Source: an uncultured Muribaculaceae bacterium
Lineage (GTDB): Bacteria > Bacillota_I > Bacilli_A > RF39 > UBA660
NCBI GenBank assembly: GCA_964407175.1
Contig: CAYOUK010000001.1
Location: forward strand, 1 to 39,731
Direction: 5' to 3'
DNA: 39,731 nucleotides
Shown: positions 35,562 through 39,731 of the stretch, piece after piece
Position numbering within the stretch: the stretch's first letter is position 1
Layout: every line of letters begins with the position of its first letter
Program-made: the position numbers and the translations under genes
Notes under the pieces: generated by a model
What the model was told of the DNA's origin: nothing
Databases searched by the model: none
The model's input: the letters and a program-made list of their open reading frames with translations, nothing else

Positions 35562-36197
35562 ATGTTAAGTATTAGAGAAAGACAAACATATTTAAAATAT
35601 TTAGGGCTTTATAAAGATGATAAAGGCAATGACGCTAAAATAGATGGCATTGAGGGGCGTTTTACTAAAAGAGGTTATAAGTTAATACAAGATAAGTATT
35701 TTACAAGAAAATCAAATGGTAAATATATCGATAGAGATGGCAAATATGGCAGGAATACTGATATGCTTTTAGTTAATGCCTATAATGTTAAGAAATATAC
35801 AAAGAATTTTAGTTTGAGTGAGTTCAAATGTGGATGTAACACAAAATATTGCACGGGTTACCCTGCATATTTGAATATCAACCTTTTAAGGAATTTACAA
35901 ACTATGAGAAATAACTATGGTGCTATCACTATTACAAGCCCATTAAGATGTAGTAAACATAATGCTAATATCGGTGGTGTAGCAGGTTCATATCATACAA
36001 AAGGAAAAGCACTAGACTTATATAATGTTAGATTTAGTTCTAGTTTCACAAACAGGAAATATGCTATCGAAAAATGGTTATTATTACCAAAAGCAAATAT
36101 GGCATATCAAAATGGTTATATGCATTATAAGGGAAAGAGTGTAACTGGTTATAATGCTCCTAAAATGGGTAATGTTATACACGTACAGGTAGATTAA
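35562..36197 (+). CDS. endolysin, PG-binding plus peptidase M15A (copy of 3214..3849)
   Basis: Identical translation, offset 32,348. Confidence 0.8.
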   Translation: MLSIRERQTYLKYLGLYKDDKGNDAKIDGIEGRFTKRGYKLIQDKYFTRKSNGKYIDRDGKYGRNTDMLLVNAYNVKKYTKNFSLSEFKCGCNTKYCTGYPAYLNINLLRNLQTMRNNYGAITITSPLRCSKHNANIGGVAGSYHTKGKALDLYNVRFSSSFTNRKYAIEKWLLLPKANMAYQNGYMHYKGKSVTGYNAPKMGNVIHVQVD

Positions 36198-36601
36198 TGG
36201 ATCAAACCACCAAAGAATTAATATTCATCTATAAACCAAAAGGTATAGACTGGATGAATTTCAAAATAACAAAAGAAAACCCTATGACATATCACCAGAT
36301 AGAAAAAAGAGAACACGGTGGCAAAAAGACAGTAGATAATGGGGCGATTCTAACTAGGAATAGTCATCAGTATTTACATCTTATTGAAAGCAAAGAAGAT
36401 AAGTTATATTTTGCTATTAATCAGTTATTAAAATTAATCAATAAACAAAAAACTGCTCCAACACAGGAGCAAAGAGAAATGATGGACTTTTTATTAGATG
36501 AATTCTTTAAAGCCCACGAGCACGATAAGAACGCAAAAGGTAAGCCTTTAATAAAAGATAAGTATATTTTAAGAGGCGAACCATTGACAATGAGATATTA
36601 A
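36197..36601 (+). CDS. HNH-like protein (copy of 3849..4253)
   Basis: Identical translation, offset 32,348. Confidence 0.4.
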   Translation: MDQTTKELIFIYKPKGIDWMNFKITKENPMTYHQIEKREHGGKKTVDNGAILTRNSHQYLHLIESKEDKLYFAINQLLKLINKQKTAPTQEQREMMDFLLDEFFKAHEHDKNAKGKPLIKDKYILRGEPLTMRY

Positions 36602-36695
36602 TTTGCTATACTTTATATGGTGTGAAAATTCAATGTTTTTCTCATTTTTACACCTAGTATTTTTCTAATATTTTTTTAGAAAACAAAATAACTCG

Positions 36696-36722
36696 TAGAT
36701 GCCTATAAGGCATCTATTTTTT
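36696..36722. terminator. bidirectional terminator (copy of 4348..4374)
   Basis: Same hairpin tagatgcc/ggcatcta with T runs. Confidence 0.6.
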
Positions 36723-37031
36723 GTATCTTTGATTTTCTATAGACCATCCAGGGTATTTGCTTTTCATATAACCCGTGATTATCTCGAGTATTTCATCATG
36801 CTCTTTTTTAGTTCCAAAATCAAAACGCCTATGACACTTTAAAGGACTTAATTCAGTGCATAGAGTTACAATGTTAGTTTCTATGCCTAGACCACCATGA
36901 GCCCTTGATAGAATATGAGCGTTAGGCATTGCTTGGTAACTACCACATACCACACACCTATGTTTATCTCTTTCCCATACTTTACTTTTAACACTTTCAG
37001 ATATGTCAAGTGCATTAGTTCTATTTGACAT
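36714..37031 (-). CDS. HNH endonuclease (copy of 4366..4683)
   Basis: Identical translation, offset 32,348. Confidence 0.75.
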   Translation of the reverse strand: MSNRTNALDISESVKSKVWERDKHRCVVCGSYQAMPNAHILSRAHGGLGIETNIVTLCTELSPLKCHRRFDFGTKKEHDEILEIITGYMKSKYPGWSIENQRYKK

Positions 37032-37255
37032 TTTCTATACCTCCAATTTTATACAATGGTTATACTATGATATTTTGATAATTATGTGAATTATTTGAAT
37101 AGAATACTAGGAATTTACTAGCATATAAACTTATGATAATAAAAATAAAATACCGTACGGGTCACCAAATTGTATTCTAGAAGCCTTTATTTTAGGGGCT
37201 TCTTTAATTTTATACAATGATTTATACAATGAGATGACAACTCAAAAGAAAATTT
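37032..37255. other. attP-like junction region (copy of 4684..4907)
   Basis: Same TTATACAATG triplet and CCGTACGG palindrome. Confidence 0.5.
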
Positions 37256-38380
37256 TTAATAAAAATCATCAGTAATGTTTGACACTTTTTTTCTAGAGTT
37301 AGTTGACACATTGCCATACACATCAATAGTAGTAGATATTTTAGAGTGCCCCATTGATTTCTCTAACACATACATATCAATGCCCTGTTCCATCATTAGA
37401 GTAGCAAAGGTGTGTCTTAAATCATACATTCTTATTTTTGGTACTCCTGCAAGTTCAATATAATGGTTGAAATGTTTTCTTAATGATACATCACTTATTT
37501 GTTTACCAGTTGATACACTTAACAATAAAGGTGTATCTTTTTTTATTTGGACGCCTATATTATTAGTTAAGAATTTTTTATATTCAAAAATCTCATTTAG
37601 GTATTTATCAGTTACAAATATATCTCTTTGTGCCATGGTGTTTTTTGAATTGCCTTTTAATCGGTTCAAAGATGTGTCATATTCAATAGAATTTCTAATA
37701 GTGATGATTTTCTTGTTAAAGTCTATGTCGTTGAATGTGAGGGCTCGTAGTTCCCCTAGACGACATCCGAGTGATAACATTGATATAGTTAGTATCTTTA
37801 TAAGTCTTGCTGATGGATCATTCAAGTTATTATTGAGCGTTTTAATGAATCTATTTATATCATCTTGTAACCAATAATTAAGAATAGGTTTAGTGGTTTT
37901 TTCTTTAGTTATATAAAGAGCAGGTGATATGTCTAGATATTCATTTTTACAACACCACGTGAAAAAGGCTTTTAACATCTTTAAAAGTTCGTTTTTTTCT
38001 TTAGTGGTTCTATTAATCGAGTTAAAAAATAAGATTAAGTCATTTTTAGATATTTGATTAATCTTATATTTTGAAAGTCTATGATATTCTATATTATAAA
38101 ACATTTTCTTTTTCTTTAGAGTGTTATATGCCATTTTGTAAACGTGTTCGCACTCGTAAAGGTATTTATTATATAATTCTTCAAAAGATATATTAGATTT
38201 GTTTAATTGCTTGTTTGTGTAGCTATCTCTAACTTTTAAAGCAATATCAATAGAATATATCTTGTCGCCATTAAAACGTGATATGGTGCTATTAATCTTT
38301 GATATAGTGATTATATAATTCTTGTTTTTCTCGTGTTTATAGATATTCTGATAACGTGTTTTTTTGTAGTATTTTTCCAT
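37256..38380 (-). CDS. int: tyrosine integrase (copy of 4908..6032)
   Basis: Identical translation, offset 32,348. Confidence 0.9.
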   Translation of the reverse strand: MEKYYKKTRYQNIYKHEKNKNYIITISKINSTISRFNGDKIYSIDIALKVRDSYTNKQLNKSNISFEELYNKYLYECEHVYKMAYNTLKKKKMFYNIEYHRLSKYKINQISKNDLILFFNSINRTTKEKNELLKMLKAFFTWCCKNEYLDISPALYITKEKTTKPILNYWLQDDINRFIKTLNNNLNDPSARLIKILTISMLSLGCRLGELRALTFNDIDFNKKIITIRNSIEYDTSLNRLKGNSKNTMAQRDIFVTDKYLNEIFEYKKFLTNNIGVQIKKDTPLLLSVSTGKQISDVSLRKHFNHYIELAGVPKIRMYDLRHTFATLMMEQGIDMYVLEKSMGHSKISTTIDVYGNVSTNSRKKVSNITDDFY

Positions 38381-38407
38381 GGTGTTTTTCTCTTTTCTAT
38401 TTTTTGA

Positions 38408-38647
38408 TTATTTTTGATATTTTTCCATTTGAGATATATCTTTTGTAATAATATCATCCATAGAAATGTTTAAAAAGTTGCATATCAAATAAACATCTTT
38501 TACTATTGGTTGTCTTTCGCCTGTTTTCCATCTTTGAACTAGTGTTCTGTCTTTTTTTATCAAAGCACATAATGTTTTAATAGAGATCCTTTTTGTATTG
38601 ATTAACCACTCTATATTTTTGGCAAATATTTTTTCATCATAATTCAT
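38408..38647 (-). CDS. XRE-family repressor (copy of 6060..6299)
   Basis: Identical translation, offset 32,348. Confidence 0.7.
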   Translation of the reverse strand: MNYDEKIFAKNIEWLINTKRISIKTLCALIKKDRTLVQRWKTGERQPIVKDVYLICNFLNISMDDIITKDISQMEKYQK

Positions 38648-38675
38648 TTATAAAACTCCTTTTTTTAACCCATAA

Positions 38676-38781
38676 GTTGTATTGTGATTTAATTATACAA
38701 CACATTTTTTTGTAAAGCAAACACCAAAAATGTAAAAATAATATAAAAATTGTTGACTTTAAGTCACAGACGTGATAATAT
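38676..38781. promoter_or_regulatory. divergent switch promoters and operators (copy of 6328..6433)
   Basis: Same sequence. AAGTCACAGA lies at 38761..38770. Confidence 0.6.
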
Positions 38782-38805
38782 TAAATTACAAGAAGGGAGG
38801 AAGCT

Positions 38806-39012
38806 ATGGACAATCTAACAGTTTCAAGAAACATCAAAGCACAAAGAATCATCAGAGGCTTATATCAATTAGATGTAGCAAAAATGTTAGGAATTAGCAA
38901 ACAAACGTATATAAGAATAGAAACAAAGCCTTTTGAAATGCCAGTATGGAAATTAAAAAGGGTCGCAGATGTGTTAGGATGTAAATTAGATGACTTTTTT
39001 GTAGTACATTAA
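38806..39012 (+). CDS. Cro-like HTH protein (copy of 6458..6664)
   Basis: Identical translation, offset 32,348. Confidence 0.7.
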   Translation: MDNLTVSRNIKAQRIIRGLYQLDVAKMLGISKQTYIRIETKPFEMPVWKLKRVADVLGCKLDDFFVVH

Positions 39013-39077
39013 GTTCCTTATAGTCACATATTTTTTTGGAACGCGATGTGCCTAAAAGTCACAGAAAAGAGGTTTAA

Positions 39078-39251
39078 ATGTATAGCAAAGAAGATATATC
39101 AAACATACTAAATTGTAGTATTAGCAAAGCATACAACATCTTAAAAAAATTACAAGAGATGTTAAAACAGGAACAACCTGAAATATTAATAATCAGAGGT
39201 AGAATACCGAAGAGTTATTTTGAAAAAAAAGTATTAGGAAAAGAGGTGTAA
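39078..39251 (+). CDS. Xis-like small HTH protein (copy of 6730..6903)
   Basis: Identical sequence, offset 32,348. Confidence 0.45.
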   Translation: MYSKEDISNILNCSISKAYNILKKLQEMLKQEQPEILIIRGRIPKSYFEKKVLGKEV

Positions 39252-39253
39252 TA

Positions 39254-39412
39254 ATGAGAAAAGTATTGAATATTGGTTTATTAATTTATGCAGTATTAGC
39301 ATTTGGAGCAATGTTTACAAGAGATGCTGGAATATTCAGTAATGTAATGACTTGGTTAGTTCAAGTTGGACTTGCATTCAGCTTAAAAGAATTAGTACTT
39401 ATGGAGGGTTAA
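39254..39412 (+). CDS. small membrane protein, slightly diverged allele of 6906..7064
   Basis: Same length. I count six base substitutions, mostly synonymous (one M to L change). The first mismatch is at 39281. Confidence 0.5.
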   Translation: MRKVLNIGLLIYAVLAFGAMFTRDAGIFSNVMTWLVQVGLAFSLKELVLMEG

Positions 39413-39413
39413 T

Positions 39414-39731
39414 ATGGAGAATGGTTATGCACTTTGTCTTAATGAATGGGCTTTAGATAAAAGTATCAAAAATGAATTGGGGCTATTATTAATCATATCA
39501 AGTTTATGTGCTGAAAAAGGCTATTGTTATGCAAGTAATAAATATTTAGCAGAGATATTTGATACTAACGAAGTTGTAATATGCCGAAAGATAAAAAAGT
39601 TAGAAGAAAAAAAATATATAAGCATTGAATATAAAAGACAAGGATCATATATAACTATGCGACATATACGATTAACAAAAAAGTTAATGGCCGTTAACAA
39701 AAAAGTTAATGGTACCATTAACAAAAAATTT
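39414..39731 (+). CDS. replication initiator HTH protein, allele B (3'-truncated by window end)
   Basis: MENGYALCLNEWALDKSIKNELGLL...EKGYCYASNKYLAEIF... is roughly two-thirds identical to allele A over the N-terminus. The frame is open to the last base. It was not reported in the ORF track. Confidence 0.6.
   Translation, partial: MENGYALCLNEWALDKSIKNELGLLLIISSLCAEKGYCYASNKYLAEIFDTNEVVICRKIKKLEEKKYISIEYKRQGSYITMRHIRLTKKLMAVNKKVNGTINKKF
39672..39728 (+). repeat. allele-B iterons inside the second initiator gene
   Basis: TTAACAAAAAAGTTAATGG occurs at 39672 and 39694 (22-bp period), with a partial TTAACAAAAAA at 39718. The sequence is unrelated to the allele-A iteron. Confidence 0.55.

Larger units (their letters stand above)
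4684..37031. mobile_element. one complete att-to-att unit (32,348 bp) of a temperate siphovirus-like phage/prophage genome
   Basis: Contains integrase, repressor/cro switch, replication, packaging, head, tail and lysis modules in canonical order. It is bounded by identical att-like regions at 4684..4907 and 37032..37255. Confidence 0.8.
32353..39280. repeat. right copy of the 6,928-bp direct repeat
   Basis: Same evidence as for the left copy. Downstream of 39281 the sequence stays homologous but becomes progressively diverged. Confidence 0.85.

Noticed and set aside
31593-36197. Diversity-generating retroelement or phase-variable fibre cassette
   Set aside because: I could find no reverse transcriptase, no template/variable repeat pair, no invertase and no inverted repeats flanking the fibre genes.
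1-39731. The repeat as a trivial circular-contig overlap or terminal redundancy
   Set aside because: An overlap artefact or terminal repeat should be identical to the very end. The last 450 bp (39281..39731) are instead a diverged allele with a 2-bp indel and different iterons, and base 4 also differs. This explanation is kept only as one alternative, via a chimeric assembly.

Overview
AT-rich (about 30% G+C by eye), Firmicutes-style sequence with GGAGG-type ribosome-binding sites (RBS) and TTG/GTG starts. It holds about 1.23 head-to-tail copies of a roughly 32.3-kb temperate siphovirus-like phage or prophage genome. Bases 5..6932 reappear at 32353..39280, an offset of 32,348 bp. After that the second copy decays into a diverged allele of the replication-initiator gene with different iterons, so this is not a plain circular wrap-around. 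One att-to-att unit runs in this order: att region, tyrosine integrase (-), short XRE repressor (-), divergent promoters, Cro-like protein, Xis-like HTH protein. Next come a small membrane protein, an HTH replication initiator with in-gene iterons, a Rad52/Sak-like annealing protein, SSB, NinB-like protein and many small early ORFs. These are followed by an orphan beta-class DNA methyltransferase, a sigma-region-4-like regulator with terminator, and a three-gene block of unknown function. Then come a 183-nt inverted-repeat-bounded non-coding element, a 24-aa hydrophobic micro-ORF, and GT4 plus GT32 glycosyltransferases. The late region holds a putative TerS, TerL, two inserted small ORFs, portal, MuF-like protein, scaffold, capsid, neck proteins and tail tube. 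Tape measure follows the tube directly, with no chaperone genes between them. After it come two large distal tail proteins, CBM5/12-like and collar-domain fibre proteins, holin, five fibre-like or accessory genes, M15 endolysin and two HNH-like genes. No tRNA, rRNA, CRISPR array, reverse transcriptase or recognisable defence operon was seen. The items most worth follow-up are the tandem/mosaic architecture with initiator-iteron co-variation, the inverted-repeat element plus micro-ORF plus glycosyltransferase cassette, a possible displaced +1-frameshift tail chaperone pair, and a duplicated hairpin with a compensatory base change. All functional calls come from motif recognition by eye; no database search was run.
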